64,000 bases of DNA from Chrysomallon squamiferum (lineage: Eukaryota > Animalia > Mollusca), in contig CM022665.1 in the NCBI GenBank assembly GCA_012295275.1, positions 43,710,001 through 43,774,000 of the forward strand. Reading direction: 5' to 3'. The position numbers were made by a program, and so were the translations under genes. A model generated the notes under the pieces. It saw nothing but the letters and a program-made list of their open reading frames with translations. It was not told where the DNA came from and did no database searches. Below, piece by piece: positions 1 to 12,499 of this stretch. Within the stretch, counting starts at the first letter, position 1, and each line of letters opens with the position of its first letter.

Positions 1-187
1 ACAAGTTTCAGAAGATCTTGTTTTCGTCTTCTCTTCACAAAAAAATTAAAAAAAATTTAAATGTTTTCTTGATCGTTAATATATAATATAATATTTTTTT
101 TTTTGTTAAGGTGTGACCCTTAAGGCAGTAAAATTGACACACAAAACGCCCCACCCCCTTCACAAAGAAAACCAAAATAACGAAGGC
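1..187 (-). other. Start of Tis11 3' UTR (continues beyond window)
   Basis: Directly follows the TGA stop at 190-188; U-rich on the minus strand. Confidence 0.8.
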
Positions 188-1429
188 TCAGTTGTCTTCT
201 GACAACCTATTGAAAATTGGCAATCGCAAGTTCTTGCTCAACTCCAGAGGTGAACCGCACGTGCTGTAGGCACTACCGGACCCCGTACTTCCAACCGAAT
301 CACCCGAGATGGACTCGGGGGACGACGGAGGCGCGCAAAAAACGTCACTACTACTCGAACACTGCGTAATAACGTCTCTGAAGATGAAATTGTCATCGAA
401 CACAGTTGGGTGGTGGTGTTGGTGGTTGACGACGACGTCGTTGTTGAAATTGAGGACGTGCGAAAACTGCTGCTGTAGTCGGACCATGTCGAAGGCGTTC
501 GCGTTGTTCAGCTGCGTCTGCACGTTCAGGGGTGCGGTCATCGAGTTTTGGGCGTGGCTGCCTCCTCCTCCTCCTACGAGACCCGTGACCGGGGGAGAGT
601 AGCTGCTGAACACGGGACTCGATCTGGAGCTGCCGCTTCCCGAAGACGAGGAGAATTGTAAACCGTTGTAAATATCCTCCGTGAAAAAAGTCGGAGATGC
701 GCTGCCGGAATCGCTCGAAGGTGGCGAGTCCAGGGACGAACCGAGACTGGACAGACTGTTGAATTTGATGGAGTTGGGTCGTTCGATGGGTGGGAGTGGA
801 GGCTGCTGCTGCTGCTGTTGCATGCAGTTCACCTGCTGCTGGTTTTTCACGACGATGTGCGTGAGGACGCGCTCGTCTTCGTTGTGAATGAAGTGACACC
901 GGGGACCGTACGGGCAAAATCCGATGGTGTGGAATGTACGACAAAGATCGGTTTTGTACTTGGGGTGGCGAGCGAGGTTTCTCAGTTCGTGTCCGCCGTG
1001 CGCGAACTGGCACTTGTCTCCGTACTTGCAGTGTCCGCTCTCCTCGAACGGTCTGCACAGCTCCGTTTTGTACCGGCTCGAATTTATATTCGTTCCGTTT
1101 TTACGGTCACCAATAGGTTCGCTAACACTGCGATCGAGTTTTTTGTGTTCTTTCACGTTGTTGTTGTTGTTGTTATTTCTCGTCGATGTTTGCTGTTGTT
1201 GTTGTTGTTGGTCTTTTTTGTTGTTAGAGGAAGAAGATCCCCCTCCTGTGGAATTTGGTCCCGGAACGTAATTTGTCGTGGTACATCCTCGCCCGGACAC
1301 CGGTACGAACGCACTGTTTGAATCGGTGGAAATGTTTCTGTTTCTCGCGGGGCTGGTGGTTTTCATGCCACTGCCCATGATTTTTCTGTCAGAACATCCC
1401 TGTGTTTTCATTTCGTTATTTCGGCGATT
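188..1429 (-). CDS. Tis11: TIS11/ZFP36 (tristetraprolin family) tandem CCCH zinc-finger ARE-binding protein, exon 2 (main coding exon)
   Basis: Two C-x8-C-x5-C-x3-H fingers with RYKTEL/KYKTDL lead-ins and an 18-aa linker (nt 884-1075). C-terminal RLPIFNRLS matches the CNOT1-binding motif (nt 200-226), and RSVSEP is a 14-3-3-type motif (nt 1115-1132). The exon starts after a pyrimidine tract and ttttctAG (AG ends at 1430) and adds NRRNNE in frame before the ORF-track Met at 1411. Confidence 0.96.
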   Translation of the reverse strand, partial: NRRNNEMKTQGCSDRKIMGSGMKTTSPARNRNISTDSNSAFVPVSGRGCTTTNYVPGPNSTGGGSSSSNNKKDQQQQQQQTSTRNNNNNNNVKEHKKLDRSVSEPIGDRKNGTNINSSRYKTELCRPFEESGHCKYGDKCQFAHGGHELRNLARHPKYKTDLCRTFHTIGFCPYGPRCHFIHNEDERVLTHIVVKNQQQVNCMQQQQQQPPLPPIERPNSIKFNSLSSLGSSLDSPPSSDSGSASPTFFTEDIYNGLQFSSSSGSGSSRSSPVFSSYSPPVTGLVGGGGGSHAQNSMTAPLNVQTQLNNANAFDMVRLQQQFSHVLNFNNDVVVNHQHHHPTVFDDNFIFRDVITQCSSSSDVFCAPPSSPESISGDSVGSTGSGSAYSTCGSPLELSKNLRLPIFNRLSEDN

Positions 1430-2203
1430 CTAGAAAATGAAGAAAAAAGAAAATAAGTAACAGTCGAACAACAATAATAATAAAAAAAAACCATCTAATA
1501 CCAAACAATAATAATAGTAATAATTATTATTATAGTAAATAATAAAATAAATATAACTACTATTAACTGAAATGATAAAAAAAATAAAATAAAAAATATG
1601 TTCAAATCGGTACGGTAGTGTTAGCCTAGTTAAAAAAGAAAAAAAAAGTACGGTACTATTTGTATACAAATATTGTAGATTACGTCGTTGCATTAAGCAC
1701 ATTTCCAAAACGAGATTAAAACAGAAAAACATCTTTAAATCTGAAAGGTACTGGTATAGTATTGTTTACAAAGAAAGAAAAAAAAAAAAAAAAATACATT
1801 TTTTTAAACTACCGATAGTATTCAAATTATATACAATACAAACTGAACCGTATGTAAAAAGTACATTTCCAAAACAAGACTACAATAGTACCAACTTCGG
1901 TGTTTGTAACTTCTAACGAAATGTACAACTATTGTCAAAGTATAGAAATTTACACCTGATATTTACAAACCATTCCAGGCTGTACGAAGACAAGTATAAA
2001 AAAAAAAACGAATAAAAATAAAATTAAAAAAATTCTGATAAAGACAGAAGACAGAGGGGAAAAAAAAAAAAAAAAATGTCAATTTCAAAATGACACGAGG
2101 AAATGGAGTTGCGCCAAAACAAACGAAAAAGCGCCTGGTTTTCTTTTTCAACCATTTGAAATAAGTCGACATGCAAGTAGAATAGTAAAATGATTTAACA
2201 TAC
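1430..2203 (-). other. Single phase-0 GT-AG intron of Tis11 (774 nt)
   Basis: Donor GTATGT at 2203 and acceptor polypyrimidine+CTAG ending at 1430; reading frames join without a stop. Confidence 0.88.
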
Positions 2204-2257
2204 CTGATAAATAACGTCTCCAACATCGTAAAACGAAGAAAGCTGAGCTGTAGACAT
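2204..2257 (-). CDS. Tis11: TIS11/ZFP36 exon 1 coding part (MSTAQLSSFYDVGDVIYQ)
   Basis: ATG at 2257, 18 codons, ending CAG|GTATGT (phase 0, in frame with exon 2). The peptide resembles the short first exon of vertebrate ZFP36L1/L2 (MTTTLVSATIFDLSEVLCK-like), which is also followed by a single intron. Confidence 0.9.
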
Positions 2258-2311
2258 CTTTCCTATACCAGTCCTTACTATCCAACTTGTCTATGCTCAC
2301 AAACAACCCAC

Positions 2312-2460
2312 AACTGACTTGTTTCAAACTCGTGGCCACATTATAAAATCTATTGGAGCAGTTGTGGGCGGGGCCAATCAACACGGCTAGATCCGCATGA
2401 CACATAACCAGATGGAGTGCCCTGTCAGTAAGCGCCGCCCCTAAATCTGATTGGCTGGCG
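2312..2460 (-). promoter_or_regulatory. Tis11 core promoter: Inr TCAGTT (+1 about 2315), TATAAT at -30, CCAAT boxes, GC box
   Basis: Minus-strand TCAGTT at 2317-2312 and TATAAT starting at 2345, 30 nt upstream of the Inr A. CCAAT at 2356-2352, 2374-2378 and 2454-2450; GGGCGGGG at 2366-2373. Implies a ~58-nt 5' UTR with no upstream ATG. Confidence 0.8.
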
Positions 2461-2914
2461 TAAAATAAACACCCAGAAGCCCCCCCAATACCGAGGCACT
2501 TGTTGCAGTTTATGTAGTGGAATGTAATGGCTGGGTTTATCGGGAATAGATTCCTTTAGTGGAATATCTTTTAACTTTTAATGTTGAAATGAAATAAACA
2601 ATAGTTTTTTTTTTTTACGTTATATAAAATAATACTGAATAAAGATAATAAATAAAAAATAGACATTTATTTCATAATATTTCTATAGATAAAAAAAAAA
2701 AAAAAAAAAAGAATAGAAAAAATAAAGAGAATATATAAAAGGTTATTTTCGTCATGTTGTTTTGATATTATGTGCGAATATTGTTTTAAAATATATCTTG
2801 TCGTTACTATTTTTAGTTAATAAAAACAGGCTGCCGGATTTTCAACGGTTATTTATTTATTTCTTTATTTTTTTTATTTTATTTTTTCTTTACACAGGTA
2901 CGCTAACGCATCTT

Positions 2915-3030
2915 TTAGCCGTTTGGCGTATCTCACATGTCAATCACAGTGTCCTGCTTTACAAGATTGGCAGGTAGTGTAGGTCACGTGATGCGGTATT
3001 TCCCGCGGTTTCTCGGGTTTTGGCGCCAAG
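2915..3030. promoter_or_regulatory. Proximal enhancer-like cluster (E2F sites, GTCACGTG E-box, RORE-like AGGTCA)
   Basis: TTTCCCGC (~2999), TTTGGCGC (~3019) and GTAGGTCACGTGAT (~2979-2992), about 0.7 kb upstream of the TSS in an otherwise AT-rich background. Confidence 0.5.
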
Positions 3031-3671
3031 AATTAATAACAATGTTAACATTTTATTTTGACGTTATGCTGCTCTTGTCAGATTTTTTTTCGCCGTCTTC
3101 TTCATTTTTTCTGAAAAACATATTTTGTTTTGATAGATTATAAATATGTAGGTAGATATATTTAATGATTACATGTGCACATGTGTACGTAAATTTAAAA
3201 ATAAAAATAAATCGTATATATATTTTTTTCCTTTTACACTAACTCAACCCGGAAGACAAAAATTATGTACGTGTTGATATAAATAAATAAAAAATTAGTA
3301 GAAATAAATAAAACTTACTAATATGGATGATGAAATTGCTAGAACTGTTGACACGGCATATTTTTTTGTTTTTCGTATTTTCAAGTGTAGTGGTGTTTTT
3401 ACGGAAAAGTTATTTTACGTGGAAAATTCTAAATGGAAACCGGAATAACGTTAAAAAAAAAACCACGCACACGCACACACACACATTTTTCGGTCTGAAA
3501 TGTTGATTCGTTGTTAGCTACTACGACAATAATTAACATAAATGCTCGTCAGTGGCTATCTATAACAGAAAAAAAGATAAAAAAAAGATAAAGACTAATG
3601 TAATTATATACATACATACAGAACAAAAGAAAAAACGAATGAGATAAAATAATAATGTGACATAAATACAA

Positions 3672-3733
<62 letters not shown>

Positions 3734-4927
3734 CCCTTACTGTAGAAACGCCTGTTATGAAAGGGAACAATAACGCTAAAAAAGAACCGTTACAATTTTG
3801 GCGCGATATGGAAGGAACTGTCGTACTTTTCTGTCACTGGAAAAAAAAAAAAAAAACACAAAAAATGTCAGCACGACCTCTTTGCATCAAAGAGCATGAG
3901 AAAGGTCAAACAGAGGAATTTAAGGCAGAGACTTGCAGGCTCTAATATTACAAGTTTTACCACAGTAGGCTGTGTGGGACTGTACATATTAGGTAAAAAA
4001 AATGAAAACAAACATTCGTTTAATGAAGAAGAAGAAGAAGAAGAAGAAGAAAAATCACTACAACATCCGCAAACTCCTAAATGAATTCCTAATCCTAAAC
4101 AAGCGAGAAATTAAAATGAAGAAAAAAAAAAAAAAAAAAAAAAAAAGAGAGAGAGAGAGAGAGAGCTACGACTTCTTTCATGTAGAGTACATTTCCTCGT
4201 TGACAACAGCAATGTAGCGTATCGCATTTCATCTTCAACGACGATATCCGCTTATAAATGATTACAAACGTACACAGAGGGGCAACAAAATGAAATATAC
4301 TGTACAAACATTTATTTCAGTGAAAGAGATATCTTGAATTACGTTATATATATCTATATCTATATATCTATATCTATATCTATTTATTTATGGACAGTGA
4401 ATATACAAATCATTCAGGTGAGTGAATATACAAATCATTTTTGAAATAAATAAATAAATCAATCAATCATTTTTTTCCGAAATTTGTACACGCATTTTAT
4501 ATGTAACACTTTTAAATAAAGATTTATGTTTGTAATGTCTACACATAAGTATGTTTGTAAAGTATTTATGTTAATTATGAATAAAACTCATAAATAAACG
4601 GAGAGTATTGTAATCTATCTATCTATCTATCCATAAATGTATATCCTTGTGCATTTTTCTTTTCTTTTTTTTAATTTCTTAATTTAATAATATGTGTGAA
4701 AGTCTCTGTATTAATCACATTTGATTTATTAATGGAAAAGAAATAAAAAATATGAACAATCGGTACGGTTTTGCGTCTTTATGTTTATAGAATTTTTACG
4801 AATACTGCGCAGATTCATAAAGATTTAAACACTGGAATCAAATGTAAAACGAGAATTTAAAAACATTCTCTCAGAAATTAATAACAAAGAACAAAGCATT
4901 ACTATTAAATCGAAAAGAACGTTTTGC

Positions 4928-4950
4928 GAAGATTCCAGAAAAATCTCGAC
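4928..4950. promoter_or_regulatory. Heat-shock element candidate
   Basis: GAAgaTTCcaGAA, three perfect alternating nGAAn units, followed by two imperfect in-phase units. Confidence 0.4.
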
Positions 4951-5034
4951 TAATCCAAGGGAGACAACTCCATTTAACACGAACCTGCCTATTTGGCTTT
5001 TTGATCAACAATACTGAGCACTTAGTAATTTTTA

Positions 5035-5077
<43 letters not shown>

Positions 5078-6899
5078 TGTATATATATATATGTACGTTA
5101 AATGTTATTGTCTTAATTCAGTTAAAGTTATTAAAAACGTAGTAACTAATTTAATTTTTCTCCCGTATTTTGGTTTCTTTTATTATAATAACTGTTGTTG
5201 TTGTTTGTTGGGTGTTTTTTTTTTGTTTTTTTTTTAATTTCCATTTCTCAGTTTTTAATGTAGTTGTTAACGTGTTCGTATAACTGCTATTAAGACAGAT
5301 TAATTTATTGTCGCAGGCGGCATCAAACAAGGAAACTCATGGCGTCTGCTCAAGTTCAAAAGAAACCGCGTAGACATGGCTGCTTAAGGTGTGTTGCACA
5401 CTAGACGATTTGCATAAACCATTGATCTATTTTAACAACACTCAGAGAATGAAAAAAGGATTCCTTAAGTCTCACTTTTCACTAATTTACAAGATTATTG
5501 AAGGCGTTTCAAGGAAAGCCTAAGCCGTTCAGTGAAACAAAAGGGAGGGGGAACAACGGTGTTTGTACAAGGAGTGAAAACGTGTGCATTATCCCAAGCT
5601 CCCTTTTTTCTCCCCCCGTCTCCTCAAAAAACAAAAGGCGAGTTTTAAAAACAAAAACTGTACTAGACTCTTCCTTTCACGTCTAACGGGAAGTGTTTTT
5701 ATTTTAAAGAAGTAACGTATACAAAACTTTTAAAAATCGACTTTAATGTGTCTGACACAATGAAAACATGGCCCTCGACTTATCAAACAACAACAACAAC
5801 AACAACAGAGAAACACTTAGCACTACGCCGTAGTTGCAATAAACAGTCATTTAACAAAGTCTTCCTCATATTAATTATTTGTATGCGTTTCTGTGGGGTG
5901 TATGTGGGTGGGGGGGGTAGGTAGGGAACACAGACTCAGTATCGCCGTTTCCCTTTCAGACGGTCTTCAACAATACAATGCAATTTGTAAATAACTTACA
6001 TCAATATTTTTCACACAATTAACAAGCTTTTTTTTTTTTTTTTTAATTTAATTTACGGAGTTCTGGCGAAGGTTGGAGCTTAAACCCCTACCCCCCCTCC
6101 CGCCAGTCTGCTAAAATACAAAGCAATGTGTAAATAAGTTGTATCAATGTTTTTTTTCACACGTGTGTATATATATATATATATATACTACTAAATGTTT
6201 TATTTATATGCTTTGAAGAGGCCGCTTTCTGTACCTTCACACCCATTTGTGTAATAAACACGTTATGTTTCTCTGTCTTTCATGTGTATATTGAGTGCAA
6301 TGCATGTTTATACCTGTGCTGTTGCTGTTTATTTATTTACTTGCAATCTAAGTTGTATTGTTGAAATGGTAACAGTGTCTTACGAAACCCCGATAATTAT
6401 TATTAATTATTAATGATTATTTTATAACAAAAAAAAACCTCCAAAAAAACCCACATGAAAATGTTTGGATTTTAAAAATTTATTAGTCTTTTTTTGTTTT
6501 GTTTTTTTGTTTAATTAATGTTGAAGTATGCATGTCTTTATATTATTTATCATTTATGAAGTATGTTTGTATTTATTTATAAACGTATACGTATCCATGC
6601 ATGTATGTATGTATCCGTATATATATATACATACACACACACACACACTAGCATATATGTCTGTTTATAATGAACGAGCCGACACTGACAAAGTATCATC
6701 ACCATACATTATCACATGCGTTTTAATTTTAAATTAATTCGCAATTTGTTTAACGAATAACGTCTAACGTTTTTTTGTTGTTTTTTTACGTGCGTTTGTT
6801 GTGTACAACAAAACGATAACAAATCTCTCGACTTCTTTAAATGTTTTCTCTTCACCAGTATCAGCTGATAACTTAATCATAACCGATTGTAACATAACA

Positions 6900-7127
6900 A
6901 TAGTACTGGGCGGGTATTTTATTTTAGTTATTATTATTGTGTGTGTGTGTGTGTTTGTGTGTGTGTGTACGTGCGTTTTCTTTCGTATTGTACAGGCCTA
7001 GCGAACTAAAAAGTTTGAGTCCACGACAAACAGACTTTAACAATGCACGGATGGAAGTATGCTGAATAAAAACAAAAGTATCAGAATGTGTATGTTTATT
7101 ATCAGAGGTGTATACAGTGCGAGATAA

Positions 7128-7167
<40 letters not shown>

Positions 7168-7205
7168 TAACTAAAAACTGAAATAAAATACCAGCCCAGT
7201 ACTAT
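6900..7205. mobile_element. ~306-bp element with terminal inverted repeats (MITE-like)
   Basis: Left ATAGTACTGGGCGGGTATTTTATTT..(TG)n is the reverse complement of right (CA)n..AAATAAAATACCAGCCCAGTACTAT (one mismatch in the first ~25 bp). Confidence 0.6.
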
Positions 7206-7559
7206 ATATCATTCATACACGAACTACAAAATCAAAATTACTTCTCTGTGCTAAAGATCAGCATTAAATTAAATTAAATTAAATACTCTGATAATTAACA
7301 TACACATTCTGATACTTTTGTTTTTATTTAGCATATATATATATATATTATTATTATTATTGTTGTTGTTGTTGTTGTTATTTAAACTGGAGAAGGAAAA
7401 CGAAAAAAGAAAAAGAAAATCACGATAAAATATTTTTTTTAAAAATCATTTTAATAGAAGTTTAGCAGATTGACCGTATTCTGACCTATTCACCCAAAAT
7501 TTCTTACATAATTTTCGAAAAAGAACACAAAATTTTACTCTTGTTTTTAACAAAAACAA

Positions 7560-7830
7560 CAAAATATCAGACGCGTCAACTGGTAAACAATCATGGTGTA
7601 CGCTAATGCACGTGCGGAGCTTGATAGCGCGAGATGGCACGCGAGCACGTGACATCCTCAATCACTGCCAATCAGAATGGGTATTGACAAGACGAGGTAC
7701 CGGCGGGAGTGCACGCTGCTCTCCTCCTCCGAGTTTGACAAGCACGTTCCTGCATAAATTAATCATTGTCAATCATTAAAACAATGGGCGGGTCTAACGA
7801 AGTAGACTGGCGAAAACTCCCGATGACAGC
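7560..7830. promoter_or_regulatory. CpG-containing motif island
   Basis: GCACGTG at 7608 and 7645, CCAATC (~7668), GGCGGGA (E2F-like), GGGCGGG and several TGACA/TGTCA. Confidence 0.45.
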
Positions 7831-7866
7831 AATTTGGAGCTGAATGGAAGTAATTAAGAGAGTGAC

Positions 7867-7905
<39 letters not shown>

Positions 7906-8036
7906 CAAGAGTGAATATTGGTGAAAGAAATTAATAATAAAAATAAAAATATAAACGAGAAAGGATTAGCTCAATAAAATAATTATTTATAAAAAATAAA
8001 ATGAAAAATGAATATTAAAAATAATAAAAAGAAATG

Positions 8037-8099
<63 letters not shown>

Positions 8100-8381
8100 T
8101 AAAAGAAATAAAACCAGTAATGAACTGATAACACTGAAATGCTTAAAAGTATGGTGGCAGTTTTAAATACTGCGACAGCGACAACTACCGCAGCAATATT
8201 ACATTAACGTCCACTACAACCATTCATCATTGCAAATGTAAACTCCACTGCAACAACCTAACAACTACCACGACATCTCCAACATTAAAACAAATGTAAA
8301 CTGAGCACAGGCATGTTTATATTGCGTTCAAAATCGTATTTAAAATAAAAAACACTTTGTAGATGAAACGGGTGTTTACTG

Positions 8382-8431
<50 letters not shown>

Positions 8432-8592
8432 GTTACTTTTATTATATCACCACTACAACTACCACTACTGCTGGTATTATTGTTCAAAGATAATAAAACA
8501 CTTGAACTTTTTGTGTTGTTGTTTTTTACGTTCAAGTTTAAAAAGGGTTCGATCTAGGATTTCAGAAAGGGGAAATTTCTTCCTGTAAATAG

Positions 8593-8654
<62 letters not shown>

Positions 8655-8972
8655 GGACGATGACCCTACCCAGGGTTTTAGATACAATTAAAGGTGATTC
8701 TATTACGACTAAAAATATTTACGATCTATTCAAGTGCTAAAAAGACAGTTTCAAACAGGAACAGATTAAAGTATTAGGTTTAAAGAAAAGTTATTTATTG
8801 TTTTGGGATCGGTCAACTACTGTAAGTCTATACTACTGAAATCTTCGTCCTTGCATTTTACAAATAAAAATAGGACGAACACGACGCAAATATATAGTAC
8901 ACGGATATTTTAAGTGAATGTAAGATGAGAGATAGGGAAGTTAATGAAGATTACTAAGTTGTTAACATAAGT

Positions 8973-9014
<42 letters not shown>

Positions 9015-9391
9015 TCGAGAGAGAGAGAGACTGTTTTACTTAAACTTATAACGATATTAACATTAAATAGTTTACGTTTTCATCATTACTATTCATAGCC
9101 CTTTCGATCCACAAATATAGTTATTATTATTATTGTTTGTTTTTGTTGTTGTTGTTATTATTATGCTTATTATTTATATAAATTCGTCATCGTAACCTTT
9201 CTAAACTCTCTCATATAAAAAAAATCCATTGTTACTAACTAAATAATAACTGAATAATTAGTATAATTAAATAAATAAAAAAGAAGATTTTAAATTTTCC
9301 ATATTTTTCTATTATTTCAATATACTTCATACAATGTGAAGACAAGCTATCAAATCTCTCTCTCAAATGAATTAAAATATATACTAACATT

Positions 9392-9442
<51 letters not shown>

Positions 9443-10024
9443 GACACTTACCGTTAACGTTTTCATTCACTAATTCACTTAAAATGTATCCATTACAATT
9501 TTATTTTAAAATACTATTATATTTTTTGACACATGACTGATATATTTTACGTTCATCGGATCGGTTTAAATGTTACTGTTTTTGTAACACAAAATATTTT
9601 CGCTGTTGTTGATTTTGTTATGACACGAATGTATAACTTGTTGTTTTACTTATTGGTAAATCCATGAATGAAATTGACAAATTTTCTGAATGAAAGTTTA
9701 CACTGTGACACTTTCACCGGATATCCTTAATAAAATTGTAATACATATTAAATAAATTTAAAAAAAAAACCAAAAAAAAAACCAAAACCCCAGACACAAT
9801 ATTTATCGTATATTTTTCCGTATAGATTGTAGATTTCTAACTTAACAAAATTATGAATGAAATTAAAATACTGAATGAAAATTATAATCTTATGATAAAT
9901 GGATGAAATATTATAAAATATATTATTAGTTTTTACTGATATTTTGTTTCGTTTTACAGTTAAATTCGTAGATTTGTGTATTAAACGGAAAACGAACAAA
10001 TTATCTATGTTCTTTTTCAATTAT

Positions 10025-10116
<92 letters not shown>

Positions 10117-10409
10117 CCAGGACTGTTACAAAACATTTTTGTTTGTTTGTTTTTATGTATAATATTAATATTAATGATAATAATTTTTGTTGCATGCACG
10201 TACATTATACACGTGTGCTTACGCATGTTTGACTTTATTACGTATGAACGTGTTTATGCATTCACATTTATGCGTATGTTTGCATGGTTATGACATTAAT
10301 ATCCCAAACAGGAAATAACAGGTAAAAAAATGACTTTCGTTAAGACTTACGGAGAAATTGTCCTAAATAATTACCATCCATACTGTTGTTAATTCCCCCC
10401 ATACACAAT

Positions 10410-10560
10410 AATAATAAAAATAATAATAAATAATAATAATTAAAAATATTATAATAAAATAATAATTAAAACTATTATAATAAAATAATAATTAAAACTA
10501 TTATAATAAAATAATAATTAAAAAACATTATAATAATAAAAAGTAAATTAATAATAATAA
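10410..10560. repeat. ~26-bp AT-rich minisatellite
   Basis: Unit AATTAAAACTATTATAATAAAATAAT repeated about 4 times. Confidence 0.75.
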
Positions 10561-10772
10561 AAACAACAACAATAACAATAATAATAATAAACAAATTTCG
10601 ACACTTCTGCTATCTTCTCCCCGCCTTTTCTTTCCTCCTTCTTCTTCTTCTTCTTTTTCTTCTTTTACTTCTTTTTTTTACAAAAACAAAATCAGTTTGA
10701 CGAGGTCGATACATTATCTAAAACTTTTGTCTGTTGTTTTGTCCCAGTAATTTGACAGTTTTATAACAGAAC

Positions 10773-10803
<31 letters not shown>

Positions 10804-12454
10804 ACAACAACAACAACGACAACAACCACCTACTCGTGTGATTTACCGACATCGTTTTAGTCATTAATATTTTTATTTTTATTTTTTTTTTGTGGGAGAG
10901 GTTGGTATGACGAGGTAGGAGAGGCCTGGGGGTGGTTTACAAACGTGGGTGGAAGAATGTAGTAGACGACGGATAGAGAAAGCCAGCTAAAACTTTCTAC
11001 ATTTAGAATATAATTATACATTAATTTTATTATTTACGATTTTTCCTTTGCCTGATTTATTAGTCTTAACAAGAAAATTGATTTATAATCATAATAATAA
11101 TAATAATAATAATAATAACAGCAACAGCAACAACAACAACGACCACAACCACAACAATAATAATAAAAAAAAACTTAAATTAAAAAAAAAAAATAAAAAA
11201 ATAATAAAAAATAAAAAAATAAAAAAATAATAATAATAAAAAATAAAAATAAATAATAATAAGAAAAAAGGAGTAGAATGATGTAAACAAGAAGAAATAA
11301 ATGTGTATATATATAACAGAACAACACCCCGCTGAAAGAATGGTGACTTTTTCTTAAGGTTAACTGACAGCAGGGTAATGGCGAAAGCTTGTCACAATTA
11401 AAAAATGGCGTCTTTAATAATTTAAATTACAGTTTATATTAAAACGTATTTCAACGAACAATTCAAAACTGTAAGAGGTTTTTGAGGGGGGAAGGTGCTT
11501 TTTCTCCACGGTATGTTTCCTCTGGGGAATCAAAAAGGGTGTGTCGGTAACAGCAAAATTTATTAAATTTTAAAAAATCGAAAACCGCGTTTGACGAAAA
11601 TAACTGAATTTTGTGCACATCGGTCATCTCCTCCTTCTCCGTCTCCCCTCCCCCTGCCCGCGCGCTCCCTTTCTGACGTTGTTTCAAAAAAAAAAAAACG
11701 TCATCTGCAATATGGCGTGTTCTTAAGGCAATTGTGTACTTTAATTACAAGTTACAAGACAGATTAATTTATTAAAAAAATATGTCCTCCCCATTTCGGT
11801 TCCGAAAGGAAGATTTTTTTCTTTCTTTATTGCTTTCTTTTTTTTTTTTTTTTTTTAGTTGTTTTTTTTTGACGAAAAAGAACAAATTATTTCAAGTTTC
11901 ATTTTGTCGTGTAAGAAAACTTAACAAAGACAGCAACAGGCGGAAGACATTGCAGACGTATAATTACGTCACTTGAAAAGAACAAGTTTTTGTTATCGTG
12001 TTCACGTGACAGACGGCTGAGATAGCACGTGCGCTGTGTAAAACTTTTAACAGACAAATGGCTGTTAACGGCAAGTGTGAATGAATACAATTAGAATTTA
12101 ACACGGAGGGCAAGTGAGTTTGAGTTAGGTGCACGTGTCCTGAACACTAATATTAATATTATTAACTGTGTATATATATAATTGATGTGTGTTTGTGTGC
12201 GTATGTATGATGCAATTGCAAAATCCCAACAACAACAACAACAACAATAATAACAATAATAATAAAATGCTTTAATTAAACAAGATTAAACTCTTTTCAC
12301 AAAATATAATGCGAAGCACAACGTTTGTTTACTGATAAGAAAAGAATTCATGGTGACTCGGTCTATGTAGTGTATTTCCAACGATAACCAATATTCTTAT
12401 TTCTTCACTTTACTGGATAAATGGGACATTTCTGTTAAACTGAAACATACTTGT

Positions 12455-12499
<45 letters not shown>

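Noticed and set aside
309-1321. Overlapping alternative-frame and antisense ORFs (e.g. 393-1058 -, 818-1321 +)
   Set aside because: By-products of the GC-richer, repeat-rich Tis11 exon; no recognisable domains.
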